The translations under genes were made by a program, and so were the position numbers. The notes beneath the pieces were generated by a model. That model had not been told where the DNA came from. It saw only the letters and a program-made list of their open reading frames with translations, and ran no database searches. From an uncultured bacterium (GTDB lineage Bacteria > Patescibacteriota > Minisyncoccia > Phycocordibacterales > GCA-2401445), in contig CALFYW010000016.1 of the NCBI GenBank assembly GCA_937952265.1, positions 398,661-462,660 of the forward strand: 64,000 nt of DNA. Reading direction: 5' to 3'. This document shows positions 35,635-45,466 of the stretch, piece by piece. The stretch's first letter is position 1. Every line of letters begins with the position of its first letter.

Positions 35635-36744
35635 ATGGATTATAAAAATAAACGACGAATTCTTATTGCAACGGGTATCTTTCCTCCTGATATTGGAGGG
35701 CCTGCAACCTATAGTGCGTTACTAGAGAAAGAGCTTACCACTCGAGGTTTTACCGTAAACATCGCATCATTTTCTTCGGTGAGAAAATGGCCTCGCCTGA
35801 TTCGGCATAGTATCTTTTTTTTACGAGTGATAAAACGGGCGTGCTCTGCTGATACTGTTTTTGCCCAGGATCCAGTGAGTGTTGGATTCCCCGCATATTG
35901 CGCGGCGCGACTGTGTAGGCGTCGATTTGTCCTCAAGGTGGTAGGAGATTATGCATGGGAGCAGTATGCGTTAGCACATCCTCATAATTTCCCTACGATT
36001 GAAGATTTTCAGCACCTTTCTCTCGGTGGTATCACACTGCTTCGTCGCACGATAGAGCGATTTGTGGCTCGACACGCAGATGCGGTTGTGGTACCAAGCA
36101 TGTTTCTCAAGAAAATCATATTATCATGGGGGGTCTCAGCTGAACGGGTGCATGTGATTTACAATGCAGCCAATCTCCCAGATAGAGAGAATCATGATCC
36201 CCTCCTTTCAATCCCAGAAGGAGAACCGCTATTAATGAGTGCGGGACGAGAGGTTCCTTGGAAAGGCTTCGATCAGATTATTGACTCATTAACATTACTC
36301 GAGAAGAAATTTCCTCGCGTTAAACTTCTGCTTATTGGTGATGGGCCGGATCGGAGACGTCTTCAAGAAAAGGTAAGAGAACATAAAGTTGAACATCTGG
36401 TAGTGTTTCTAGGTAATTTAGAGAGAGAAACCCTCTTTAGGTATTTATCTTCTGCTGATATTTTTATTTTGAACACCCTCTATGAAGGTTTCCCTCATCA
36501 GATTCTTGAGGTTATGCATCTTGGTGTGCCTATTATTACGACTGATGTTGGTGGTATACGGGAATTAGTAGATGAGAGATCGGTGTGTTTTGTAAAGCCG
36601 AAAAATACCGAGGCATTGGTGAAAGCAGTAATATCAGTCCTTGGGGAATCTAGTATGAGAACGGAACGTATTGCCAACGCAAAAAAACGGGCAGCATCTT
36701 TTACAAGTCGTGATATGATTACTTCGCTTTTGCCACTCTTATGA
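35635..36744 (+). CDS. Glycosyltransferase family 4
   Basis: FPPDIGGPATY, GREVPWKG, EGFPHQILE; start reassigned to ATG 35635. Confidence 0.92.
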   Translation: MDYKNKRRILIATGIFPPDIGGPATYSALLEKELTTRGFTVNIASFSSVRKWPRLIRHSIFFLRVIKRACSADTVFAQDPVSVGFPAYCAARLCRRRFVLKVVGDYAWEQYALAHPHNFPTIEDFQHLSLGGITLLRRTIERFVARHADAVVVPSMFLKKIILSWGVSAERVHVIYNAANLPDRENHDPLLSIPEGEPLLMSAGREVPWKGFDQIIDSLTLLEKKFPRVKLLLIGDGPDRRRLQEKVREHKVEHLVVFLGNLERETLFRYLSSADIFILNTLYEGFPHQILEVMHLGVPIITTDVGGIRELVDERSVCFVKPKNTEALVKAVISVLGESSMRTERIANAKKRAASFTSRDMITSLLPLL

Positions 36745-37877
36745 AATTGTTAATGATATCAAGTGATCAGAAAATATTTGAGGACAATAGTCCGGTACGG
36801 CAACGTATGGAAGCGTTTAGTAGTTCAGTTGACATGCTCCATATCTTAGTGATTGCGCGTCGCCATACCACTGAAGCGCCTGTTGTGTCTGGAAAGAAGA
36901 TGGTGATATATCCGATCACTATTAATTTTTGGGCTTTTAAGAAAATTTTTCTCGCGCTTCGAGAAGCGCGAGAAATCGTCCAAGCTGATATAACAGGGAG
37001 GTGGGTAGTCACTGCGCAAGACCCTTTTTTTATGGGGTTATTTGGATGGCTCATTGCGCGTAAAAAAATTCCACTTGAGCTTCAGGTGCACACTGATATT
37101 GGGAGTCCTTTTTTCGTCACAGAATCAATAATGAATCGAATAAAATTATCTCTTGCACGATTCCTCCTCCCGCGTGCGAGTCTTGTTCGTGTCGTATCAG
37201 TGCGTGTTAAAAATGCGCTCCTGCGTGATTTTAAGGTCTCTGAAGATCGTATTGTAGTATTGCCGGTATATGTGGATCCAAACCGAAGTGCTTTTCCCCA
37301 AGATGAGACCATGAAGAAACCGTATCCGATTACGATCCTCATGATGTCTCGACTTACCCCTGAAAAAGATTTTATCACCGCGCTCCGCGCATTTAAAATT
37401 GTCGCGCAAAAAAATCCAGACGCAGGGCTCCTTATCGTAGGGGATGGTCCAGACAAGAATCTCATTCAGAGGAAAGTTAATGATTTCTCACTTTTTCGAA
37501 AAGTTACTTTTTATCCGTGGAGTAGTGCGATTGGAACCTATTTTAAGCATGCTGATATTTTTCTGTTAACTTCTCGATATGAAGGATACGGAATGACTCT
37601 TATTGAAAGTGGGATGGCACGATGCCCGATTGTGACGACCGATGTTGGTATTGTTGGTGAACTTATTCAGGATCGCCAAAGTGCGCTCGTATGTCGCGTT
37701 GGAGACCATCGCTCTCTGGCACGAGCATTACAAGAGCTTATTGATGAACCTTCTCTGCGCGAAGCACTGCGCTCTCATTTTCGTGAATCTCTAACCCGAC
37801 ACCTTCCTGCGAACCAAGATATGTATCTTGCCCAATACAAACTCGCACTCCAGCGACTTTTTAGTGTTACCTTATGA
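36741..37877 (+). CDS. Glycosyltransferase family 4
   Basis: SRLTPEK, SRYEGYGMTLIE, TTDVG. Confidence 0.92.
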   Translation: MKLLMISSDQKIFEDNSPVRQRMEAFSSSVDMLHILVIARRHTTEAPVVSGKKMVIYPITINFWAFKKIFLALREAREIVQADITGRWVVTAQDPFFMGLFGWLIARKKIPLELQVHTDIGSPFFVTESIMNRIKLSLARFLLPRASLVRVVSVRVKNALLRDFKVSEDRIVVLPVYVDPNRSAFPQDETMKKPYPITILMMSRLTPEKDFITALRAFKIVAQKNPDAGLLIVGDGPDKNLIQRKVNDFSLFRKVTFYPWSSAIGTYFKHADIFLLTSRYEGYGMTLIESGMARCPIVTTDVGIVGELIQDRQSALVCRVGDHRSLARALQELIDEPSLREALRSHFRESLTRHLPANQDMYLAQYKLALQRLFSVTL

Positions 37878-38908
37878 ACATTTTAGTAATTACTCAAAAA
37901 GTAGATCAAGATGATACCGTCCTTGGATTTTTTCATGGCTGGCTAAACGCATTGGGAGAAAAGTTTGACCATGTCTCGGTGATTTGTCTTGAGAAAGGAT
38001 CCACCGATTTACCTCAAGATATGCCAGTGTATTCCTTAGGAAAGGAATCGGGATTTTCGCGTATTCGTTATGTATGGAATTTATTTTTTTATCTTGGAAA
38101 ACTTCACCATCGTTATGATTGCGTATTAGTACACATGAATTATGAGTACGTACTTTTGGCTGGTTGGTGGTGGAGACTGTTTGGGCGGAAGATTGGATTT
38201 TGGTATAACCATACATACGGAAATATCTTTTCTCGTATTGCATTCATGATTGCGCACCGAGTTTTTCATACATCCCCCTTTGCTTTTTCAGCAGGAAGGT
38301 CAAACTCAGTATCTATGCCGGCTGGGATTGATACAAAACTTTTTTCAACTACTCAAAATCAAGTTCCTAACACTATTCTTTTTGTAGGTCGTATTGCTCC
38401 CGTGAAAGGGCTCATCACCTTAATTAAGGCTGTTCAACTTTTAGTTCAAAGGGGTGTTTCGGTTTCTCTTAACATATATGGAGAAGCGCTTTCTCGAGAC
38501 AGAAAGTATCAGGAGCGTGTTCACGTAGAGGCTCAAAATTTAGTGACACGTGGAATAGTGAAATTCCATAACGGGGTAGCCTATGATCAGGTACCGCAAT
38601 TATTTGCTTCACATGAGTTTTTTGTTAACCTCACTCCAAAGGGAAATTTTGATAAGACCGTGTTAGAGGCTATGGCTAGTGGTGCAATACCGGTGGTTTC
38701 AAGCACGGCATTCTCAGACCTCTTACCCCCACCCACTTTTTTTAAAGAGCATGACGCGGACGATCTTGCTCGCCAGCTCGAATATTTAATGAAGCTCTCT
38801 TTCGAGGAGAAGTCGAAGATTAGAGGGTTGTTACGCAAACGTGTCGAGAAGAAGCATGATCTCCATGTGCTCGTGTCGCGGTTAGCGGAAGAATTTGATA
38901 CATTATGA
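37874..38908 (+). CDS. Glycosyltransferase family 4
   Basis: GIDT, VGRIAPVKG, FDKTVLEAMASG. Confidence 0.9.
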   Translation: MNILVITQKVDQDDTVLGFFHGWLNALGEKFDHVSVICLEKGSTDLPQDMPVYSLGKESGFSRIRYVWNLFFYLGKLHHRYDCVLVHMNYEYVLLAGWWWRLFGRKIGFWYNHTYGNIFSRIAFMIAHRVFHTSPFAFSAGRSNSVSMPAGIDTKLFSTTQNQVPNTILFVGRIAPVKGLITLIKAVQLLVQRGVSVSLNIYGEALSRDRKYQERVHVEAQNLVTRGIVKFHNGVAYDQVPQLFASHEFFVNLTPKGNFDKTVLEAMASGAIPVVSSTAFSDLLPPPTFFKEHDADDLARQLEYLMKLSFEEKSKIRGLLRKRVEKKHDLHVLVSRLAEEFDTL

Positions 38909-40050
38909 TGAAGAAGATTTATTATATTGCAAATGCTCGGATGCCAACCGAACGAGCTCATGGTATACAACTTGCAAAGATGTGCGAAGCATTTCTTGAT
39001 ATTGGTGTTCCACTAACGCTCGTCGTTCCAAAACGTAAAACAGTAGGAGAGCAGGTCGCGTCTTTTTATGGACTTGCGAGAGAAATTCCAATCGTGAAGC
39101 TCCCTATTATCGACACGTTTCTTTTTGGTCGTCTCGGTTTTATTTTTGGGACGATTTCTTTTATGGCATCGTATAGCGTATTCCTTCTTCGGAAGAAACT
39201 CTCCGGGGAGGACTTTGTGGTATATACCATTGATATGGATCAGTTTTCATTTTTGCCACTCATTATATTTAATATTCCATATGTGATTGAAGTACACGAT
39301 GCAAAGCCGAAACGCTTTTTATTTCGGCTTTTATTTCGGCGTGCTCGGGCAGTGATGGTTATCAATCGTTTAATTCTGGAAAAGATCCATCGTTATTTTA
39401 ATGTGCCGAAACACCATATCTTTGTGGTCCCGAACGCCATTGATCCAAATTTTATGAATAAGGCTCAGCTAAGAGATGCTTTTCGAAAGAAAGAAGGTAT
39501 TCCACCTAAAGCGTTTCTTCTCTTATACGTGGGAAAATTTTACGAATGGAAAGGTTTTGAGATTTTATATCAACTCGCTCAAGACCTTGATCCTTCCGTA
39601 AACATTGGGTTGGTTGGAGGATCAAAGGAAGAACTCGAAGAGTTAATTGGAAAGCATGTCCCCGAGAATATATTTTGTTTTGGAGCTCGGCCTTATGAAG
39701 AGGTGCCGTCCTGGATCGAGGCTTCGGATGCGTTACTCGTGCTTGGAACTAAAGCAAATGAGTATTCTTATTACCATACATCCCCGATGAAATTATTTGA
39801 ATATCTTGTTTCGGGTCGCCCAATTATTGCAAGTAAGACCCCGGCGATTTGTGATATTGTGAGTGAGAAGGAAGTTTTATTTTATATGCCTGATGATAAG
39901 GAAGATTTAAAGCGCGCTATCTTACGTGTTCAATCGAACCCAGCATCCTTCCATAATCGAGTAAAAGCCGCAAAGGAGTTAAGCACCTCATTTACCTGGC
40001 ATTCTCGAGCGAAGAAAATTAATCAATTTATAAAGGACCGACTATCATGA
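38905..40050 (+). CDS. Glycosyltransferase family 4
   Basis: RMPTERAHGIQ, VPNAID, WKG, TSPMKLFEY. Confidence 0.9.
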   Translation: MMKKIYYIANARMPTERAHGIQLAKMCEAFLDIGVPLTLVVPKRKTVGEQVASFYGLAREIPIVKLPIIDTFLFGRLGFIFGTISFMASYSVFLLRKKLSGEDFVVYTIDMDQFSFLPLIIFNIPYVIEVHDAKPKRFLFRLLFRRARAVMVINRLILEKIHRYFNVPKHHIFVVPNAIDPNFMNKAQLRDAFRKKEGIPPKAFLLLYVGKFYEWKGFEILYQLAQDLDPSVNIGLVGGSKEELEELIGKHVPENIFCFGARPYEEVPSWIEASDALLVLGTKANEYSYYHTSPMKLFEYLVSGRPIIASKTPAICDIVSEKEVLFYMPDDKEDLKRAILRVQSNPASFHNRVKAAKELSTSFTWHSRAKKINQFIKDRLS

Positions 40051-41135
40051 GAATTGGCATTTTCCTTCATCCTTATAATGAAAAAAAACCAGCAGGATTA
40101 GGCAGGTTTATTTTCTATTTAAGCAGGCACTTGATTGAAAACGCGCCGCAACACACCTTTTACCTTTTTGTTAAAAGTGCCCCAAAGGTGAAGCCGGATA
40201 TCTCTGGTTCAAACTGGTCTGTCATAGAATGCGGCCGCGGATTATTTTGGATGGATCGTGGAATTTCAAAAGCGCCAAAAGCTGATATATACCTTTTTAA
40301 CACACCAATAATACCTGTTTGGAGAAGCGTGAAAAAAAGTGTGGTAATTGCGCTTGATTTTGCCTATCTTGATTTCCACTCTCCGGGCATACTACACGCG
40401 TTAAAACGATACATCCTTAAACAATACCACCGCTTCTCTCTTAAACGTTCTGATCAGATAATTGCAATCTCGCACGCGACAGAGGGGGATGTGATTCAGA
40501 GGTTTCATATTCCTCAACAAAAAATTCGTGTTATCTACCCCGGTTTTTCATCGGTGTGTGAGATAAGCCCTAAATATGTGTCGGTACCCAAACCATTTTT
40601 TCTTTTCATTGGGGTGATAAAAGAGAGGAAGAATGTACATGGAGTTATCGAGGCTTTTATAAAGCTTCTAAAAGAGGATGCGACAGTGTCTCTTGTGGTT
40701 GCGGGTAATGGAGAGGGGGATTACTATGAGCAGATTATATCGCGGGTAAAAACCGCGAATGCTCTTAATCGAATTTATTTTCTAGGTCATATTTCAGCAG
40801 CAGAAGTTTCTTATCTTTTTCAAAATGCGCGAGCGTTAGTATTCCCGAGTTTAACAGAAGGGTTTGGTTTTCCAGTACTTGAGGGTATGGAATGTGGTAT
40901 TCCCGTCATTACGTCAAATAGTTCGTCTTTAGTTGAGCTCGGAGGTGATGCCGCGTATTTAGTTGATCCGCGTGATCCCGAATCAATCTATAAGGGGATG
41001 AAAGCACTGCTTTATGATGAGAATATCCATCAAAAATTGATTCTTCGCGGTTACGAGCAAGTTAAAAAATTTTCTTGGAATCGTTCAGCCCGAGAATTTT
41101 TATTAGTGCTAGAAGAATTATGCGGCCAGAAATAA
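40047..41135 (+). CDS. Glycosyltransferase family 4 (mannosyltransferase-like)
   Basis: IGVIKERKN, FPSLTEGFGFPVLEGMECG, FSWNRSA. Confidence 0.92.
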   Translation: MRIGIFLHPYNEKKPAGLGRFIFYLSRHLIENAPQHTFYLFVKSAPKVKPDISGSNWSVIECGRGLFWMDRGISKAPKADIYLFNTPIIPVWRSVKKSVVIALDFAYLDFHSPGILHALKRYILKQYHRFSLKRSDQIIAISHATEGDVIQRFHIPQQKIRVIYPGFSSVCEISPKYVSVPKPFFLFIGVIKERKNVHGVIEAFIKLLKEDATVSLVVAGNGEGDYYEQIISRVKTANALNRIYFLGHISAAEVSYLFQNARALVFPSLTEGFGFPVLEGMECGIPVITSNSSSLVELGGDAAYLVDPRDPESIYKGMKALLYDENIHQKLILRGYEQVKKFSWNRSAREFLLVLEELCGQK

Positions 41136-42253
41136 GAAAAAAAATTTTAGTATCCTTAACGTTGGTGTGTTCACCCATACTTCTCTTGCTTCTACACTTT
41201 AGAAACACCCGAAAGTCTGAAAATCCGCGAATACTAGTTATTCCGCAACTGACCCGTATTGGTGATCTCATTTCTGTCACACCGATATTTCGGGAAATCA
41301 AAAGAAAGTTCCCTCACGCGTATGTTGCTGTATTAGTGAGTAAGAAAAACATGGGAGTAGTAATTGAAAATCCTCACATTGACGAAATCATTCATTATCA
41401 AAGCATTAGGTTATTTGCTGTTTTGAGAGCAATCTATCAGGGGCATTTTGATATAAGCATTAATGCGGGCGCAACGAGCGAAGGAACCGCTATATCCCTC
41501 TGGGGCCAAATCCCAGAGCGGATCAAGCTTACCTATTCAGGTCGTCCATTGTTTGAGGTGCTCACTGATTGGATGAACACGCACTCCATGCGATACACGC
41601 ATCAAACGTATCTCCCATCATTTTTTCTGCAACTTCTACATCCTCTTGGGATTAAGGCAGAGAATACCGATCCTGAAGTTTTCGTGACTCATCGTGGCAG
41701 AAAAGTGCGCGATAATTTTCTGGTCGAGAAAGGTATTCAGGGTGGGAAATATATCGGAATAAGTATTACGGCGGGAAATAAAATAAAAGAGTGGGGTGAT
41801 GATCGGTTTAAGGAGTTAATAAAAAAAATTCTTAACCGTTTTCCCTACTACATTTTTCTGATTGGAGGAGCGGGGGATCGGGAACGGATAATGAGCTTTC
41901 GGGAAAGATTTTCTCGAGAAGAAGCCGAACGGATCGTTCCTGTCTGCGGTATTCCGCTTGAAATACTTTCTGCCTTTTTTGAGAAACTCTCATTGTTTAT
42001 TGCGGTTGATACTGGTTTAATTCATATGGCACACGCGCTTGATGTACCACTTATTGATATTCTTGGACCGGTTGATTCAGAAGAGCTTTCCCCTAAGAGT
42101 AGGAAGAGCAGGTTACTGCTTCCGCTCAATACCAGACCGAGTGTCTTTGCTTTTAAGCGTCCCGGATCTGCGGAAGATGCTCGGCGCGCCCTTTCTTCTA
42201 TTAGTGTGGATCAGGTCGAGTCTGCATGTGAAGACCTTTTGTCGGAGAATTGA
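41120..42253 (+). CDS. Glycosyltransferase family 9 (heptosyltransferase-like)
   Basis: RIGDLI...P...IKRKFPHA, NPHIDEII, KEW, DTGLIHMAHALDVP, ISVDQV; start reassigned to ATG 41120. Confidence 0.88.
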   Translation: MRPEIRKKILVSLTLVCSPILLLLLHFRNTRKSENPRILVIPQLTRIGDLISVTPIFREIKRKFPHAYVAVLVSKKNMGVVIENPHIDEIIHYQSIRLFAVLRAIYQGHFDISINAGATSEGTAISLWGQIPERIKLTYSGRPLFEVLTDWMNTHSMRYTHQTYLPSFFLQLLHPLGIKAENTDPEVFVTHRGRKVRDNFLVEKGIQGGKYIGISITAGNKIKEWGDDRFKELIKKILNRFPYYIFLIGGAGDRERIMSFRERFSREEAERIVPVCGIPLEILSAFFEKLSLFIAVDTGLIHMAHALDVPLIDILGPVDSEELSPKSRKSRLLLPLNTRPSVFAFKRPGSAEDARRALSSISVDQVESACEDLLSEN

Positions 42254-42303
42254 ATCAACGAGGGTGAGAGGGTATAGTTCCATAAAGGGATATTTTATTT
42301 TTT

Positions 42304-42861
42304 ATGATGACAGCAAAAAAACTTAATCTTGGTTGCGGGACTGATATTCGATCAGGCTGGGTAAATCTTGACAAGTATGACCTTCCTGGTGTTGAGGTCG
42401 TACATGACCTTGAGGTACTCCCGCTTCCTTTTTCTGATCATTCTTTTGACGAGATTCTTTGTCAGGATATTTTGGAGCACGTGGCGTATCCAGTACTCCT
42501 TAAAGAGCTTTATCGGATTCTAAAGAAGGAAGGTGTTCTTAAGATTCGTGTGCCTCATTTTACCTCGAAAAATAATTTTATTGATCCAACACACCAAAAG
42601 ATGTTCAGTGTTCGAACTTTTTATTTTTTTGTTACTGATCATGGGTTTAAGAAATACCATCGAAAGTATTACTTTGATTTCTCTTTTAGAAAGATTACGT
42701 CATTGCGCATCACCTTTGAGGGGAGTTCTCGCTTTTTTTTCTATAATCGATTTATCGAGTGGGTAGTTAATAGGAGCGAGGATACCCAGTATCTCTATGA
42801 AGCGACCGGCTTTTCCCGTATTTTTCCTGCAGAAAATATAGAAATTACTTTAATCAAATAA
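42304..42861 (+). CDS. SAM-dependent methyltransferase (type 11)
   Basis: LNLGCG, VNLD, LPFSDHSFD, LEHV, RVPHF, DPTH. Confidence 0.88.
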   Translation: MMTAKKLNLGCGTDIRSGWVNLDKYDLPGVEVVHDLEVLPLPFSDHSFDEILCQDILEHVAYPVLLKELYRILKKEGVLKIRVPHFTSKNNFIDPTHQKMFSVRTFYFFVTDHGFKKYHRKYYFDFSFRKITSLRITFEGSSRFFFYNRFIEWVVNRSEDTQYLYEATGFSRIFPAENIEITLIK

Positions 42862-42869
42862 AATGTATT

Positions 42870-44081
42870 ATGAACATTGCGTTAATTGTACGAAGGCTTG
42901 ATACTCGCGGAGGTACCCAACGCCAAGCTCTTGCGCTTGCTCACACCCTAAAGGAGCGGGGAAACAATGTCGTAGTATACACCTTTCGATATCAACCATC
43001 AGAGACCTTCTCAGAATCGCTTAAAGGTATACGAGTTGTCGCACTAGATCAGAAAGAAGGTAAGGATTATTCGCACTCGATACCTTTTCTTCCGAAGTTT
43101 TTTTCAGATTATCTCAATGATAACCGATGTGCTCGTGCGCTTGCGCGATGTATTGATGTCGACACACACGTGCTTAACCCTCATGATCAAGTAAGTTATC
43201 GTGTCGCGGTGTATTTCAAAAAAAAGGTGAAACAAATTCCATCTGTGTGGATGATGAATGATATGCCCACTAAGTATGCGTCTATGATACGTGAACGAGA
43301 AGTATACGGATATCATCGAACTTCGCTATTAAAACGAATCATATATAAGTTTTTTGATTTCTTTGAGATCCGATGTTTTATCAAGCCACAAGATGCCATT
43401 GTTGTGTTAGATCATCGAGATAAAAAGTGGGCTCAAGAATTTTTCAAAAAAGATGCTTTTGTGGTACGAAGTGGTCTTGATCACAATCGTTTTACTTATC
43501 GAGAACGCACCCTGTCTTCAAATAAAAGGATTAATATTCTTACGACAAGCATTTTTCTTCCGCATCGGAGATTTGAAGACACGCTTCGTGCTATTCGGAT
43601 GCTTTTAAACACAAAAGAGTACGACATACAGTTCTCAATTGTTGGAGGATTTCATAATAAGGGATATGTAGAGTTTATTCGAAAAGTGATAAAGGAAGAG
43701 AAGCTTCAGCATAACGTGTCTCTCCTCGGAGCAGTCTCTGATGAGAAATTACAGGCTCTCTATAGAGATGCAGATATTTTTGTATTTGTGAGCCATATGC
43801 AGAGTTGGGGTATTGCGGTTTTTGAAGCGCTCGCATCAGGGATCCCAACAGTCGTATCAGAAACCACTGGAGCATCGGAAATTCTTAAGAATGGTCTTCA
43901 TGCGATAACAGTTCCTCCGAAAAATCCACGCAGGATTGCGGACGCGCTTAATACACTCATTACTGATCCAGATCTTTATCAGAGTTTAAGCAGAGAAGGT
44001 CGAGCTTTAGTACTCAGTGAGATCTCATGGGAGCAATATAGCAAGAAGATGGAGGCTATTATGGAACATGTTATGAGATAG
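42870..44081 (+). CDS. Glycosyltransferase family 4
   Basis: GGTQR, RRFED, QSWGIAVFEALASG. Confidence 0.9.
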   Translation: MNIALIVRRLDTRGGTQRQALALAHTLKERGNNVVVYTFRYQPSETFSESLKGIRVVALDQKEGKDYSHSIPFLPKFFSDYLNDNRCARALARCIDVDTHVLNPHDQVSYRVAVYFKKKVKQIPSVWMMNDMPTKYASMIREREVYGYHRTSLLKRIIYKFFDFFEIRCFIKPQDAIVVLDHRDKKWAQEFFKKDAFVVRSGLDHNRFTYRERTLSSNKRINILTTSIFLPHRRFEDTLRAIRMLLNTKEYDIQFSIVGGFHNKGYVEFIRKVIKEEKLQHNVSLLGAVSDEKLQALYRDADIFVFVSHMQSWGIAVFEALASGIPTVVSETTGASEILKNGLHAITVPPKNPRRIADALNTLITDPDLYQSLSREGRALVLSEISWEQYSKKMEAIMEHVMR

Positions 44082-44119
44082 TTTATCTGTTTGCGAAAGT
44101 AGGGTAGTATGTTGAAATT

Positions 44120-45466
44120 ATGAAGACCGTTGTAATTACCAGTTTTCACCCCCATATTTCAAGGAATATTTTAAGCACGGAAGCATTTCGTATTTTAGTC
44201 CAAAATCCAAAGCTTCGAATTGTGCTCGCGGTTCCTGATTATAAGGTGGATTTTTTTACTAAAGAATACGCTACCAACGAGCGCATTTCAGTATTTGGTA
44301 TTGAACCCTATCAGGCTTCTCGAACGCTACGCGGGCGATTTTTTAAGCGCCTAGGGGTATTTCTTTTTGATACCCAAACCGCTCGAAACAGAAAAAAATA
44401 TGAATACTATTTTCATGGTAAATATATTATTTATTATTTTTCTCGACTACTTGGTATAATTGGCCACTCTTTTATTTTTCGTCGATTGGTACGTTTTCTT
44501 GATCTGTGGTGCGCTCCAAAAACAAGTGCTTCACGCATGCTTTCTGAAATTAAACCGGACATGCTCTTTTCAACTGATCTTCAAAATGAAAATGATGTGA
44601 GCATCATGCACGCGGCACGCAAGGGAAAAATTCCTATTTTAGGAATGTTACGTTCATGGGATAATCCAACTCAGCGTATTCTACGAGTTTTACCAGAAAA
44701 AATGATTGTAGGGTCAAACGTGCTTGAAGAAGAAGTTCGCTTGCTGTATCGATACCCACCAGCACAAATCGTTATTACGGGAAATCCGCATTATGACCGA
44801 TATCTTAAGGGTCCCACGATGAGTAAGGATAAATTTCTAAAGTCTCTCAATCTTCCCCTCGATAAAAAACTTATTTTATATGCGCCAGTTAGTGATGCGC
44901 TCATCTACCATAATGATATTGATGAATATGTGCTCTCCCTACTTGGAGATGTTGACGCATCAGTATTAGTTCGTTTTCCTCCAGAAAAGCCGGTTCGTCT
45001 CTCGGGTGATTTTAAACAACCTCAGAACATGGTCTATGATCGTCCGGGCGTATCTTTTAATGCTCGTCGGGTTGGTGATCGTGAGATTCGTCGCGAGGAT
45101 GATAGTCGCCTTATTGATTCTTTGTATCATGCGGATGTGGTGGTAACTGGCCCGACGAGCATTACCATTGATGCTGCATTAATTGATCGTCCGGTAATCG
45201 CGGTTCATTTTTATCCTACGCCACGTGAGTTTTTCCGTTCTGTATACCGTTACGAGGATAATCAGATCGTTAAAGTTCGAGAAACGGGAGGTATTCATGT
45301 GAGCGTTACAAAAGAAGATTTTTTAAAAACTCTTGCTTCTTATTTAGAAAATCCAAGACGTGATGCAAAAGGAAGAGAGAAAATACGATCAATGTGGTTT
45401 TCGCATGCAGATGGAAGTGCTGGCAGGCGTGTGGCGGACGCGGTACTTGATTTTCTAACGGTATGA
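44120..45466 (+). CDS. GT-B fold transferase, CDP-glycerol glycerophosphotransferase/sialyltransferase-like (paralog 1)
   Basis: SWDNP, TGNPHYD, HADVVVT, DAALIDRP, DGSAGRRV. Confidence 0.65.
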   Translation: MKTVVITSFHPHISRNILSTEAFRILVQNPKLRIVLAVPDYKVDFFTKEYATNERISVFGIEPYQASRTLRGRFFKRLGVFLFDTQTARNRKKYEYYFHGKYIIYYFSRLLGIIGHSFIFRRLVRFLDLWCAPKTSASRMLSEIKPDMLFSTDLQNENDVSIMHAARKGKIPILGMLRSWDNPTQRILRVLPEKMIVGSNVLEEEVRLLYRYPPAQIVITGNPHYDRYLKGPTMSKDKFLKSLNLPLDKKLILYAPVSDALIYHNDIDEYVLSLLGDVDASVLVRFPPEKPVRLSGDFKQPQNMVYDRPGVSFNARRVGDREIRREDDSRLIDSLYHADVVVTGPTSITIDAALIDRPVIAVHFYPTPREFFRSVYRYEDNQIVKVRETGGIHVSVTKEDFLKTLASYLENPRRDAKGREKIRSMWFSHADGSAGRRVADAVLDFLTV

